A DNA stretch of 64,000 nucleotides from positions 2,788 to 66,787 of the forward strand of contig JAFUNI010000001.1 of assembly GCA_017482385.1 (NCBI GenBank), in the 5' to 3' direction. Of the stretch, positions 37,826 through 47,817 are shown in pieces. This DNA comes from Oscillospiraceae bacterium. GTDB taxonomy: Bacteria > Bacillota > Clostridia > Oscillospirales > Oscillospiraceae. The notes under the pieces were generated by a model. The model ran no database searches. It had not been told where the DNA came from and worked only from the letters and a program-made list of their open reading frames with translations. Position 1 is the stretch's first letter. Every line of letters starts with the position of its first letter. The position numbers were made by a program, and so were the translations under genes.

Positions 37826-37957
37826 ATGAAGAAAGGAATTGCTATTACACTCTCTGCAGTAACGCTTGCTGTGTGCGCCATTGGGGTTGTTCTCTATAAA
37901 AGACATCTCAACGAGCGCAACCGATTCAAGCCTGCAGAGGAACTTCGAATATGCTAG
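37826..37957 (+). CDS. 43-aa single-TM protein
   Basis: GGAGG RBS; MKKGIAITLSAVTLAVCAIGVVLYKR... Confidence 0.55.
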   Translation: MKKGIAITLSAVTLAVCAIGVVLYKRHLNERNRFKPAEELRIC

Positions 37958-37974
37958 CCTAAAGGAGGTGCATT

Positions 37975-39774
37975 ATGCCTGACATTAAAACACGAGAACA
38001 CGTGAAGAACGTCAAGGTCATTGATAAGGCTGCTGTCGCTGGCGAACGCATGCGGACCGCGTTTGTTCGCACCAAGGACCAGACTAAGAACCTGATGGAT
38101 GATGGTCAGGCGTCTCCGCATGAATATGCTGAGGATCAGATCCGATATGCAGCAGAAGATGTTATTCACGATGTGGGACACGAGTTTAAGCGCGGCACCA
38201 AGAAGGCAGTGGACAAGGCCAAAGAGGCTCACCGGCAGCAGAAGGAGGCCAAGCGTGCTGCGGAAAAGGCAAAAGAAACCGCAAAGGAAACCACAGATAC
38301 CGTTAAACAGGTTACCGATCCTGTTAAGAAAACAAGTGAACCAATCAAGCAAGCTGAGCGTGGCTCCACCCGCGTGAGGCGAGCTCAGAACCGGACGATC
38401 AAGACCACGAAGCAGTCTGCCAAGACCATCAAGCAGACGGCCAAGTCTACCGGACAGGCTACGGCGAAAACGGCTAAGGGTACTATTAAGACTGCAGAGA
38501 GGGGCGTCAAGACGGCACAGCAGACATCTAAGACGGCGATTAAAACTGCAGAAGCCACGGCAAAGGCGACGAAAGCCGCCGCTCAGGCGACCGCCAAAGC
38601 GGCCAAAGCGGCGGCTCATGCCGCAAAGGTTGCTGCGAAGGCCATTGTTGCCGCAGCCAAGGTTGCCGCCAAAGCAATCGCTGCAGCGGCTAAGGCGATT
38701 GCTGCTGCTATCAAGGGACTCGTTGCTGCCATTGCAGCCGGTGGTTGGGTGGCTGTTGTTATCATCGTTGTGATTTGCTTAATCGGCGCATTGATTGCGT
38801 GCTTCGGCATCTTCTTCTCTAGCGAAGATACGGGCAGTGTGAAAACGATGCAAATGGTAGTTCAGGAGGTAAACCAGGAATACCAGGATCAGCTTGATAG
38901 CATCAAGTCGTCCGTAACCTATGACACCCTGGAAATGTCGGGGTCTATGGCTGTTTGGCCAGAGGTTCTCTCTGTCTATTCAGTGAAGGTCACTTCGGAT
39001 CCAGATAACCCACAGGAAGTAGCAACTATAACGGATGAGAAGGAACAGATCCTCCGGGATATCTTCTGGGAGATGAATGAGATATCCTATACCACATCGA
39101 CTGAAGAAGTAACCGAGATTATCGAAACGGATGATGGCGAAGGCAACATCATCGAAGAGGAAGTCGTGGTCACAAAGACCACGCTTCACATCGTCGTTAC
39201 CCATAAAACGGCAGATGAGATGGCGTCTCAATATAGCTTCAATACAGATCAACGAGAACACCTGGATGCTTTGCTGGAAGAAGGAACAGCAAGCATGTGG
39301 GCTTCTGTCCTATATGGCGTCTATGGTGAGGACGACCAGATTGTCGCTGTGGCTATTTCGCAGATCGGCAATGTCGGCGGTATGCCTTACTGGAGCTGGT
39401 ATGGATTTGGATCCCGCGTTCCTTGGTGTGCGTGCTTTGTAAGCTGGTGCGCAAATGAGTGCGGATATATTGACATCGGCGTCATTCCCAAGTTTGCGGG
39501 TTGCGTTAATGGCGTCAACTGGTTCAAGCAGCGCGGTCAATGGGCTGACGGAAGCTTTGAGCCTGCGCCCGGTATGATCATCTTCTTCGACTGGGATTCT
39601 CCCAATGGTGAGTCTGGTCCTCAGGATGGTCTGTCCGACCACGTTGGTATCGTAGAAAAGGTTGAAAATGGCCGAGTCTACACCATCGAAGGTAACACAA
39701 GTGACTCTTGTGCACGGCGCAGCTATCCTGTCGGATACTACGAAATCCTAGGATACGGCATCCCGGCATATTAA
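37975..39774 (+). CDS. conjugative cell-wall hydrolase with CHAP domain
   Basis: Lys/Ala/Thr-rich N-terminus, [12 protein letters not shown] (Cys) and DHVGIVE (His), IEGN. Confidence 0.9.
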   Translation: MPDIKTREHVKNVKVIDKAAVAGERMRTAFVRTKDQTKNLMDDGQASPHEYAEDQIRYAAEDVIHDVGHEFKRGTKKAVDKAKEAHRQQKEAKRAAEKAKETAKETTDTVKQVTDPVKKTSEPIKQAERGSTRVRRAQNRTIKTTKQSAKTIKQTAKSTGQATAKTAKGTIKTAERGVKTAQQTSKTAIKTAEATAKATKAAAQATAKAAKAAAHAAKVAAKAIVAAAKVAAKAIAAAAKAIAAAIKGLVAAIAAGGWVAVVIIVVICLIGALIACFGIFFSSEDTGSVKTMQMVVQEVNQEYQDQLDSIKSSVTYDTLEMSGSMAVWPEVLSVYSVKVTSDPDNPQEVATITDEKEQILRDIFWEMNEISYTTSTEEVTEIIETDDGEGNIIEEEVVVTKTTLHIVVTHKTADEMASQYSFNTDQREHLDALLEEGTASMWASVLYGVYGEDDQIVAVAISQIGNVGGMPYWSWYGFGSRVPWCACFVSWCANECGYIDIGVIPKFAGCVNGVNWFKQRGQWADGSFEPAPGMIIFFDWDSPNGESGPQDGLSDHVGIVEKVENGRVYTIEGNTSDSCARRSYPVGYYEILGYGIPAY

Positions 39775-39780
39775 TCACAC

Positions 39781-39818
39781 CTCCCCATGGCAGTCTTGTG
39801 CTGTCATGGGGAGCTTTT
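39781..39818 (+). terminator. terminator ending the conjugation module
   Basis: CTCCCCATGGCAG-N7-CTGTCATGGGGAG then CTTTT. Confidence 0.85.
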
Positions 39819-39888
39819 GATTGGTGATGAACAGAAGCATCACCTATTGGCTTTCAAGATAAATAATCCTCGAATTATGATGAGATGG

Positions 39889-39897
39889 TGCTATAAT
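39889..39897 (+). promoter_or_regulatory. extended -10 promoter of the cargo block
   Basis: TGcTATAAT; weak -35. Confidence 0.55.
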
Positions 39898-39988
39898 GTA
39901 ATTAAGGTCCAAATTATAGGACATATGGGACCATATAATTCATAACAGGAAGGCTAGGAAATACAAATTCCAGGGATGGTGACCACAT

Positions 39989-40666
39989 ATGGGACTGTTT
40001 GAAATATTCAAGAAGAAAAACAAGCCGAAGCTTTCTCCTGTTGCACCGGATGCAGCCTATGGAGAGTATCCGGATGATTGACCTCAAGAACTGAAGCTTG
40101 CGCAGGCCTACCAGCATTTTAGAATTATGACCGACAGCGTCGAACTGATCCATAAAACGGTCTATCCAAAAACTTATTTTAGCAGATACAGAACAGCGGT
40201 GAAAGAGGCAGAGGTTGTGGTAGGGCTGTGCAAAAAGCACGAACTTGGCAAGCTGGCAACGCAGACACTTGCGGTTCTCCTTTCCGATAGAGTGAAAATC
40301 ACCAATGATTTCCTGGATCGCTGTGATGCAGCAGGGAAATTACCCTTTGTTAAAAATGAACTTGTGGCATATAAAAGCGAAATGCCTAAGGATAGCTACG
40401 AATACTTCGAGGAGCTGCTTGCCTGCTCAATAAATGAAGAGGATAACGACGAATATGTTTTCTGTAGTGTAGTCTTTTGTGAAGGTGGAAAAGCTTATTA
40501 TTACCTTTCTGAGGATAGGGACGTCCACTGTGGTGACTATGTGACCGTACCTGTTGGAAGAAATGATGAGGAAAAGACCGGCAAGGTAGTCAAGACAGAA
40601 ATCTTTAAGGGCTGCAACGCGCCGGTTCCTGTTGATAATTTGAAGTATATCATCGATGCTCAATAA
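39989..40666 (+). pseudogene. hypothetical gene interrupted by an in-frame TGA at 40079-40081
   Basis: MGLFEIFKKK...YPDD*PQELKLAQAYQHFRIM continues in frame into ORF 40127..40666. Confidence 0.65.
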
Positions 40667-40703
40667 GAATGACACATGAGCTTCAGAATAGGAGATGAGA
40701 CAT

Positions 40704-40766
40704 ATGTGGATACTTGTTTGCATTTTAATTTTGCCTTTTGCAATCCTTGCAGAGTTGATTAAGTAA
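40704..40766 (+). CDS. 20-aa hydrophobic peptide
   Basis: AGGAG RBS; MWILVCILILPFAILAELIK. Confidence 0.4.
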   Translation: MWILVCILILPFAILAELIK

Positions 40767-40796
40767 TACGGAGGAAGCGTGGTATAAGGAGGGAAA

Positions 40797-41105
40797 ATGA
40801 TGACTCACGAAAAAGCTATGGAGGATCACGCACCATATGGTTATGCTGGAATTCTGGGCTGTGGTGGTTATGCAAATACTGACAAGGTTATCTGCATGAC
40901 GGCAACAGGGGATAAGAACTTTACAGCAGAAGGCATTGTCGAGGGTTCGATTCTCTTTATTGATACAAGCAGTGAGTATCAGAACGGACTGCTCAATGTG
41001 TTCAAATACAAGGCGAGTAGAAACCCTCAGTATAAGCTATCAAGAAGGAAGATTCCGCAGGCCTCCTATGTAGGAAAGGTCCTGATGGCTGTGAACCAAT
41101 ATTAA
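40797..41105 (+). CDS. degenerate S24 (LexA/UmuD C-domain)-like protein
   Basis: TATGDKNF..EGIVEGSILFIDT...G...YK...VGKV resembles S24, but GDSM is replaced by GDKN. Confidence 0.4.
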   Translation: MMTHEKAMEDHAPYGYAGILGCGGYANTDKVICMTATGDKNFTAEGIVEGSILFIDTSSEYQNGLLNVFKYKASRNPQYKLSRRKIPQASYVGKVLMAVNQY

Positions 41106-41135
41106 AAATCCATAATTAAGAATCGGTGATAGTAT

Positions 41136-41855
41136 ATGAAGAATATTGTTGCGGAGTATTTTAGAAAAGCAGGCGAAAAGATTAGCTTTGAGGAGCATGC
41201 AACCAATAATTACGAGAAAATAGTATATTCGGATATCGTGTTTCTTTCCATAGCAGAAAGCGGAGCAATGGGGTGTCCAGGAGAGCTTCTGGTCGCCACA
41301 AAGCGTGAGCAAAGCGTTAAATGGTACTGCTTTAACATGATGGTTGATAGCTTTGACGAACTGTGTAACTTCTATCCGCCGCTGAAGACCTTTAACTGTG
41401 GTATTTTCGGAAAGGCAAGCGGAATCCAGGACGGATGGAACCATGTGGATCTTGGATGCGGAAATCATCTACTGGTACGTGATGACTATATTGATGCCTT
41501 TGAACTGGCGGTAAAATTCGTAAAACCAAAGCATCCAGGCGAGGTATATGCATGCTGGCGGGGAATTGCCCAAATGCTTCTGAGTGGCGAAAAGAAGAAG
41601 TCCTTTAGTATCGGTGGGATCACCATTGAGTTCGCTGTTGGACCCAGTATAGAACCAGATGCAAATGTCGATGAAATGGAAATCGAACAGCTGGAGGAGT
41701 ATCTCGCAAAACTGGAAGAGCAGTTAGACGAGATTGAAGCTGATGAGCCGGAAGATGATGACAGCGACGAGTATGAGGAATGGGAAGAGCAGTGTGAGGA
41801 ACTTCGCGATTTAATCGATGAGGTCCAGGAAAGACTGGAAGAATTACAAGGATGA
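41136..41855 (+). CDS. hypothetical protein with an acidic coiled C-terminus
   Basis: 239-aa ORF; very Asp/Glu-rich last 60 aa. Confidence 0.7.
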   Translation: MKNIVAEYFRKAGEKISFEEHATNNYEKIVYSDIVFLSIAESGAMGCPGELLVATKREQSVKWYCFNMMVDSFDELCNFYPPLKTFNCGIFGKASGIQDGWNHVDLGCGNHLLVRDDYIDAFELAVKFVKPKHPGEVYACWRGIAQMLLSGEKKKSFSIGGITIEFAVGPSIEPDANVDEMEIEQLEEYLAKLEEQLDEIEADEPEDDDSDEYEEWEEQCEELRDLIDEVQERLEELQG

Positions 41856-41870
41856 GAGGAGTGTACGGTT

Positions 41871-42686
41871 ATGACAGATGAAAAATTGTATGAATTGCTC
41901 AAGGGTATTCTAGATGAGATTTCCGAGGAGCAATATCCGGAAATCTATTTCCGGATTGTGACAAATATTGATGAGGAAAGCCAGCTTGTTTATAATGATG
42001 CCTTTTCGATTGCTGGCCAATTGCATGATGCAGACGGCGCGGAGCAGCTGCCGAAGTGCGTTGCAGATTTCCTGTTTGAGGTTTACGAGCTTGAGATGAA
42101 GAAGGGTAGCGCAGATGCGGCATGCGATCTTGGTTCCTTATATTACACAGGACGAGCCGGTGAGCAGAGCTATGCAAAGGCGCTGGAGTATTACACGATT
42201 GGCGCGAAGGGCGGAAGCCGTCAGGCGCAAGAGAACCTCGGCTATTGCTATTATTACGGAAGAGATACCGACGTTGACTATGAAAAGGCCTTTCACTATT
42301 TTGCGCTAGGTGCCTTTGATGGTCATATTCGTTCTCTCTACAAGATCGGAGATATGTACCGGAATGGGTACTATGTAGAGAAGAATGAGAAGGAAGCCTT
42401 TTATATCTATACCCGCTGCGCTGAGACGATGACCGAAGAGGCGGTGCCTATGGTCGGAGCAGATGTGATGATGCGGCTGGGCGACTGCTACTATGATGGA
42501 ATCGGCACAGAGGTGGATTACAAGCTGGCTCGGCAGTACTATCAAAGAGCGGAAGTGATGTTCTACGAACGCTTGGAAGAAGGCGACTTCCTAATCAAGG
42601 AGTGTTATGAGAAGGTAGTCCAGAGACAAAACGAAATAAGGAGAATGCTCGAGTCGGAATTGCCCGATTTTGGCTGGTTGAACTAA
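41871..42686 (+). CDS. SEL1-repeat protein
   Basis: Four repeats LG..Y..G.G...DY.KA..YY..GA. Confidence 0.88.
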   Translation: MTDEKLYELLKGILDEISEEQYPEIYFRIVTNIDEESQLVYNDAFSIAGQLHDADGAEQLPKCVADFLFEVYELEMKKGSADAACDLGSLYYTGRAGEQSYAKALEYYTIGAKGGSRQAQENLGYCYYYGRDTDVDYEKAFHYFALGAFDGHIRSLYKIGDMYRNGYYVEKNEKEAFYIYTRCAETMTEEAVPMVGADVMMRLGDCYYDGIGTEVDYKLARQYYQRAEVMFYERLEEGDFLIKECYEKVVQRQNEIRRMLESELPDFGWLN

Positions 42687-42698
42687 ATGAGGGACAAT

Positions 42699-42740
42699 GC
42701 CTCACTGACAGAATTAATAGCTGTCGGTGGGGCTTTGCTT
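42699..42740 (+). terminator. intrinsic terminator
   Basis: GCCTCACTGACAG-N9-CTGTCGGTGGGGC then TTTGCTT. Confidence 0.7.
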
Positions 42741-42804
42741 ATTATAAGGTGATGGTTAGATGCGCCACCATATGGCAAAATTCGAGCGTATTTTGCTAAA
42801 TACA

Positions 42805-42832
42805 TTGAATTATTCTGCTAGTGTGTTATAAT
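42805..42832 (+). promoter_or_regulatory. sigmaA promoter heading the defence cluster
   Basis: TTGAAT (42805-42810), 16 bp, TGt-TATAAT (42827-42832). Confidence 0.75.
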
Positions 42833-42896
42833 GTAATATGTATTACTGTATTCCGCAAGCGGTGGCGGTAACATAGCACAATGTTGGGGGTACGTT

Positions 42897-43103
42897 ATGT
42901 CCATTAGATACGATAAGCTTTGGTCCGTTATGAAAGACAACAAGATGAAAAAAAGTGACCTGGCAAGGGCAGCGCAGATTTCTGCATATACCATGACAAA
43001 ACTGAATCAGGATCGTATGGTGTCGATGGAAGTGATGATTCGACTTTGTAAGATTTTCCATTGTGATATCGGCGATATTATGGAAGTGATCGAGGATGAT
43101 TAA
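42897..43103 (+). CDS. Xre/Cro-C1 HTH regulator
   Basis: YDKLW...MKKSDLARAAQISAYTMTKL...VSMEVMIRLC..FHCDIGDIME. Confidence 0.88.
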   Translation: MSIRYDKLWSVMKDNKMKKSDLARAAQISAYTMTKLNQDRMVSMEVMIRLCKIFHCDIGDIMEVIEDD

Positions 43104-43157
43104 ATTCCTAAAAGATTCTGTTGCTTTGAATAGCGATGAAAGAATGGAGCAATTCGA

Positions 43158-44408
43158 ATGAAGAAGGGTGAAAAAATAAAGACGGCCTTTGATGAATACA
43201 CACTGATAAAGCAAGTTGGAACTGGTGGTAATGGCTGCGTCTTCTCTGCTATAAATGATTCTGGGGAATCTGTTGCAATAAAATTCATTGAGAAGAATCT
43301 TCCTGCTATAAAATTGAAAAGGTTTAAGAACGAGATTTATTTTTGTGAACAGCACAAGCATAAAAATATAGTAGAGATCTACGATCGAGGATATGCAAAT
43401 ATAGGCGGTACCGAATACGCCTTTTATGTTATGCCACTATATGCAGAGACCTTACGGGATAAGATGCGTGCAGGATTAAATCCTGGATGTGTACTAACAA
43501 TATTCACTGGAATACTGGAAGGACTGAAACATGCGCATGTTCATGGTGCAATTCATAGAGATATAAAACCTGAAAACATCATGTTCAAAACTAACAGCAC
43601 CGAGCCGATTATTTGCGATTTCGGCATTGCACATTTTGCTGAGAACGAAATGCTCACAGTTGTTGAAACGCGACGAGCTGATCGAATGGCGAACTTTCAA
43701 TACGCAGCTCCGGAACAGCATGTAAAAGGATCGGTTGCAACCGCACAAACAGACATTTATGCTACGGCGCTTATTCTCAATGAAATGTTTACCGGTGAAA
43801 TTCCACAGGCTGCTGATTATAAGACTATTGCCTCAGTTGCACCGGAATATGCCTTTGTAGATGAAGTATTTACGCAGATGTTCAAACAACAGGCTGCGGA
43901 TCGGCTGTTCCCTGAAGATAAGATACTCCAGGAATTGAAGCTCCGTGCGGAGCAGCATAAGAGAGAAGAGGAGACAAAAAGGCTTCAAAGTGTTATTGAC
44001 GATCTATCAGATCCCGAGACTTTTACGACAGCTATCGTAAAAAAAGAGTTCCTAAACGGGCAGCTGGTCTTTTGGTTTGATCACGAACTTCCGCGAGATT
44101 GGTTTTCAATCCTTTCCGCTGGGAGCCTGGGAAGTTATTCTGCAGTATGTGGTTATGGTCCGGAGAAATTGGAGATGTACAATCGAACGGGAATTGCAAT
44201 GCCGTTACGGGGTTATGAGTCGCCGGATACTGTAAAAAATATCGTACAAAATGTTGCGGATTGGATTCCCAAGGCTAATACGCAATACACCGCATATCTA
44301 AAACAAGCAGCGCGTCAAAAGCGGCGGGAGGATGAAGCAAAGCGAAAAGCTGAAATAGAACGTCTTGAGAGAGAAGGCAGAATCTGCGATATTATTGCAA
44401 GTTTGTAA
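43158..44408 (+). CDS. cytoplasmic Hanks-type Ser/Thr kinase with an unknown C-terminal domain
   Basis: GTGGNG, VAIK, HRDIKPEN, DFG, YAAPEQ, TDIY; no TM. Confidence 0.92.
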   Translation: MKKGEKIKTAFDEYTLIKQVGTGGNGCVFSAINDSGESVAIKFIEKNLPAIKLKRFKNEIYFCEQHKHKNIVEIYDRGYANIGGTEYAFYVMPLYAETLRDKMRAGLNPGCVLTIFTGILEGLKHAHVHGAIHRDIKPENIMFKTNSTEPIICDFGIAHFAENEMLTVVETRRADRMANFQYAAPEQHVKGSVATAQTDIYATALILNEMFTGEIPQAADYKTIASVAPEYAFVDEVFTQMFKQQAADRLFPEDKILQELKLRAEQHKREEETKRLQSVIDDLSDPETFTTAIVKKEFLNGQLVFWFDHELPRDWFSILSAGSLGSYSAVCGYGPEKLEMYNRTGIAMPLRGYESPDTVKNIVQNVADWIPKANTQYTAYLKQAARQKRREDEAKRKAEIERLEREGRICDIIASL

Positions 44409-44460
44409 AAAATATAGATTAACACGGGGTATATATACCCATAAAACGGAGGAAAACAGC

Positions 44461-46551
44461 ATGGCTGATAAAAAGGTAATCGATGCGATGTGGGATGATT
44501 CGCCCATTGATGTATCTTCAGAAGTGAATTTTATATGGTCCATCGCAAACAAGCTGCGTGGTACCTATCAGAGCGACAAGTACAAGGATGTTATCATTCC
44601 GATGGTTATCATCCGCCGCTTTGAGTGCGCCCTGGCTCCCACCAAGGCAAAGGTCGTGGAGATGTTCAAGGCTAATCCCAATTATCCGGCAAAGGCTATG
44701 TACCGTCTGTCTGGCTTCCAGTTCTATAACACCAGTGAGTTCGACCTGGCCGAACTGGTCAACGACTCCGACAACTTGGCTGCCAACTTTAAGGCATACA
44801 TCCAGGGATTCTCTGCAAATATCCAGGACATTATCCGCAGCCTGGACTTTGATAAGCAGATCGACAAGATGGACAAGAACAACCGTCTGCTCTCCGTGGT
44901 GAAGGCGTTCTCTGAACTGGACCTCAACCCCATCACCATCGACAATGTCCGAATGGGCTATATTTTCGAGGAACTCATCCGTAAGTTCTCTGAAAATGCT
45001 GAGGCTGGTGACCACTACACAGGCAGAGACATCATCAAGCTGATGGTCAACATTCTGTTGGCTGAAGGCTGCGATGATATCTTTGACGATGGCAAGGTTA
45101 TCACCGTATTGGATCAGGCCTGCGGAACAGGCGGTATGCTTTCCACCAGCTACAATTTCATTAAGCGTTATAACCCCACTGCCGATGTGCGTCTGTTCGG
45201 CCAGGAAATCAACCCTGAGTCTTACGCTATCTGCCTTGCGGAGATGATGATTAAAGGGCAGAACGCAGAAAACATCTGCTACCAGGACACCATGAAGGCC
45301 GACCGTTTCAAGGGCACCAAGATGCGCTTTGTGATTGAGAACCCTCCCTTTGGTACTCCTTGGGGAGGCAAAGACGCAGCAGAAGGTGTTGAGCAGGCTG
45401 TTCAGGCTGAATATACCAAGGGCTTTGATGGCCGTTGGGGTGCCGGTCTACCCGGTTCCGGCGATATGCAGATGCTGTTCCTGCAGTCAGCCATCGATAA
45501 GATGGATGACAACGTTGGCCGTGCTGCCATTATCGAAAACGGTAGCCCGCTGTTTGCCGGTGGCACAGCTTCCGGTGAAAGCCAGATCCGCCGCTGGATG
45601 CTCGAAAATGACTATATCGAAGCCATTATTGCACTGCCCGTTGACCTTTTCTACAACACAGGCATTGCTACATATATTTGGGTTCTTTCCAAGAACAAGC
45701 GTCCCGAACGCAAAGGCAAAATTCAGCTGATCGATGCCTCTGGTTTCTTTAAGAAACTGCGTAAGGCTCTGGGCGATAAGAAAAATGAAATCTCTCCCGA
45801 AGACCGTACTGCCATCACCAAGCTGTATGCCGATTTCGTTGAGAACGAATACTGCAAGATTTATAAGAACGAAGAGTTCATTTACCGCGAGTATGTGGTG
45901 ATGCAGCCCCTCCAGCGCAGCTACGCCATTACCGCCGAGCGTATTGAGGCCATGCTGACCAAGGGTTCTTTGTCCTCTCTGTATGACCAGGCGAAGGTTG
46001 ATGAACTGGAAAGTCTGGAAGAGCCGACCGGCAAGGACATCAAAAAACTGGAAGCATATCAGAACAACCTACCCGTTTACGAGGCTATCATTGCAGCCCT
46101 GAACGCGGCGGTATCCGATGAGGTTTATTATTCTCCTGCGGCATTCATGCCGGTTCTGACCAAGGCATTGGCTACGGCTACCGCTGACAAGAAACTGTTG
46201 GAGAAAATTGCGGATGGTCTTTCCGTTATGGATAAAAAGGCCGAAATTCAGCGTGACCGCAAGGGCAACATCATCTACGACAAGGAAACCAAAGACACCG
46301 AACTGGTAAAATTCGAGGAACACATCGATGACTATATGACTCGTGAGGTTCTGCCTCATATCCCGGATGCTGTTGCTTTCTTTGAGGAAAATCTCGGCGC
46401 GAAGAAGCCTGTAATTAAGACGGGTGCTGAAATCACCTTTACCAGATGTTTCTATAAATATCAGCAGCCTACAGCAAGCGATGTTCTGGAAAGCAAGTTC
46501 ATGGAAATCGAACTTGCTGTATCCGAACGTGTAGCACGACTGTTTGAATAA
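44461..46551 (+). CDS. hsdM: type I R-M methyltransferase (m6A)
   Basis: FIWSIANKLRG, LDQACGTGGML, GQEIN, ENPPF. Confidence 0.95.
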   Translation: MADKKVIDAMWDDSPIDVSSEVNFIWSIANKLRGTYQSDKYKDVIIPMVIIRRFECALAPTKAKVVEMFKANPNYPAKAMYRLSGFQFYNTSEFDLAELVNDSDNLAANFKAYIQGFSANIQDIIRSLDFDKQIDKMDKNNRLLSVVKAFSELDLNPITIDNVRMGYIFEELIRKFSENAEAGDHYTGRDIIKLMVNILLAEGCDDIFDDGKVITVLDQACGTGGMLSTSYNFIKRYNPTADVRLFGQEINPESYAICLAEMMIKGQNAENICYQDTMKADRFKGTKMRFVIENPPFGTPWGGKDAAEGVEQAVQAEYTKGFDGRWGAGLPGSGDMQMLFLQSAIDKMDDNVGRAAIIENGSPLFAGGTASGESQIRRWMLENDYIEAIIALPVDLFYNTGIATYIWVLSKNKRPERKGKIQLIDASGFFKKLRKALGDKKNEISPEDRTAITKLYADFVENEYCKIYKNEEFIYREYVVMQPLQRSYAITAERIEAMLTKGSLSSLYDQAKVDELESLEEPTGKDIKKLEAYQNNLPVYEAIIAALNAAVSDEVYYSPAAFMPVLTKALATATADKKLLEKIADGLSVMDKKAEIQRDRKGNIIYDKETKDTELVKFEEHIDDYMTREVLPHIPDAVAFFEENLGAKKPVIKTGAEITFTRCFYKYQQPTASDVLESKFMEIELAVSERVARLFE

Positions 46552-46563
46552 GGCGGTGGTATT

Positions 46564-47817
46564 ATGACAGAGTTAAAATACAGCGGTGCTGGGTGGCTTG
46601 GTGATGTGCCGTGCCACTGGCAAGTAGATAAATTAAAATACCATTTGCTTCGCAATGAACCCAGAAATCCTGGCGAACAGGTTGTCCTATCACTTTATCG
46701 TGAGTTGGGTGTAATTCCAAAGGACAGTAGAGATGACAATCACAACGTTACTTCCGAAGATACATCAAAATATAAGTATGTGCGTCCCGGCGATTTCGTT
46801 ATCAATAAAATGAAAGCGTGGCAGGGTTCTGTTGCCGTTTCCGACTATGAGGGAATTGTTAGTCCTGCGTACTATGTTTACAACTTTACGGATGATGTAT
46901 TCTACAAAAGATACTTTCATTATTTGTTGAGAGGCTGCTATAAGGATGAGTTTATGAGACTATCCGGCGGTATTCGTGTTGGACAGTGGGACTTGCCTTC
47001 TGAGGCGTTAGATAACGTTCTTGTATTGATTCCCCCGATTAACGAGCAAAAATCCATTTCCGCTTATTTGGATATCCAATGTGCTGAAATTGATGCACTT
47101 GTTGCTGACGTCCAGGCGCAGATTGATGTCTTGGAGCAGTACAAGCGTTCCGTTATCACCGAAACAGTCACCAAGGGTCTGAACCCGGATGCTGAAATGA
47201 AGGATAGTGGGATCCAGTGGATCGGCATGATGCCTTCTCATTGGGACTGTATCCGTGGCAAGTATATTCTGAGATACATCCAGAAACCCGTCCGCGAGGA
47301 TGATGGTGTCATTACGTGTTTCCGTGATGGCGAGGTTACCCTTCGTAGCAACCGCCGCGAGGATGGGTTCACAATGGCTGACAAGGAAATCGGCTACCAG
47401 GGCATTGATGTTGGCGACTTGGTTGTCCACGGCATGGATGGTTTCGCCGGAGCAATCGGTATTTCCGACTCCAGAGGTAAGGCATCGCCCGTTTTGAATG
47501 TTCTGGGAACTGAGCAGAACAAGAGATACATTATGTACTTCCTCCGCAGCATGGCATACAGCGATGTGTTTCTGGCATTGGCTACGGGCATTCGTGTTCG
47601 CTCCTGTGACCTGCGTTGGAACAAGTTGGCTGAACTTTTCTATCCCATTCCTCCGATTGAAGAGCAGGAGGCAATCGTTGCTCATATCGATTCCGTTCTT
47701 CAGAAAACCAACGATGTGATCGCTGACAAAAAAGAGCAATTGGCTGTTTTGGAAGCCTACAAAAAATCACTCATATATGAGTATGTAACCGGTAAAAAGG
47801 AGGTGCCTGCGCAATGA
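46564..47817 (+). CDS. hsdS: type I R-M specificity subunit
   Basis: Two TRDs separated by the conserved PPINEQ...VTKGLNP..MKDSGIQWIG coil; ends EYVTGK. Confidence 0.93.
   Translation: MTELKYSGAGWLGDVPCHWQVDKLKYHLLRNEPRNPGEQVVLSLYRELGVIPKDSRDDNHNVTSEDTSKYKYVRPGDFVINKMKAWQGSVAVSDYEGIVSPAYYVYNFTDDVFYKRYFHYLLRGCYKDEFMRLSGGIRVGQWDLPSEALDNVLVLIPPINEQKSISAYLDIQCAEIDALVADVQAQIDVLEQYKRSVITETVTKGLNPDAEMKDSGIQWIGMMPSHWDCIRGKYILRYIQKPVREDDGVITCFRDGEVTLRSNRREDGFTMADKEIGYQGIDVGDLVVHGMDGFAGAIGISDSRGKASPVLNVLGTEQNKRYIMYFLRSMAYSDVFLALATGIRVRSCDLRWNKLAELFYPIPPIEEQEAIVAHIDSVLQKTNDVIADKKEQLAVLEAYKKSLIYEYVTGKKEVPAQ

Noticed and set aside
39907-39936. Short palindromes GTCC/GGAC and ATATGG-GA-CCATAT in the cargo promoter region
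   Set aside because: Short and AT-rich; could be chance, with no regulator to assign
40079-40125. Selenocysteine recoding of the in-frame TGA
   Set aside because: No convincing SECIS-like hairpin downstream and no redox-motif context
46564-47817. Phase-variable hsdS (shufflon or repeat tract)
   Set aside because: Only one hsdS; no invertase, flanking inverted repeats or simple-sequence tract seen
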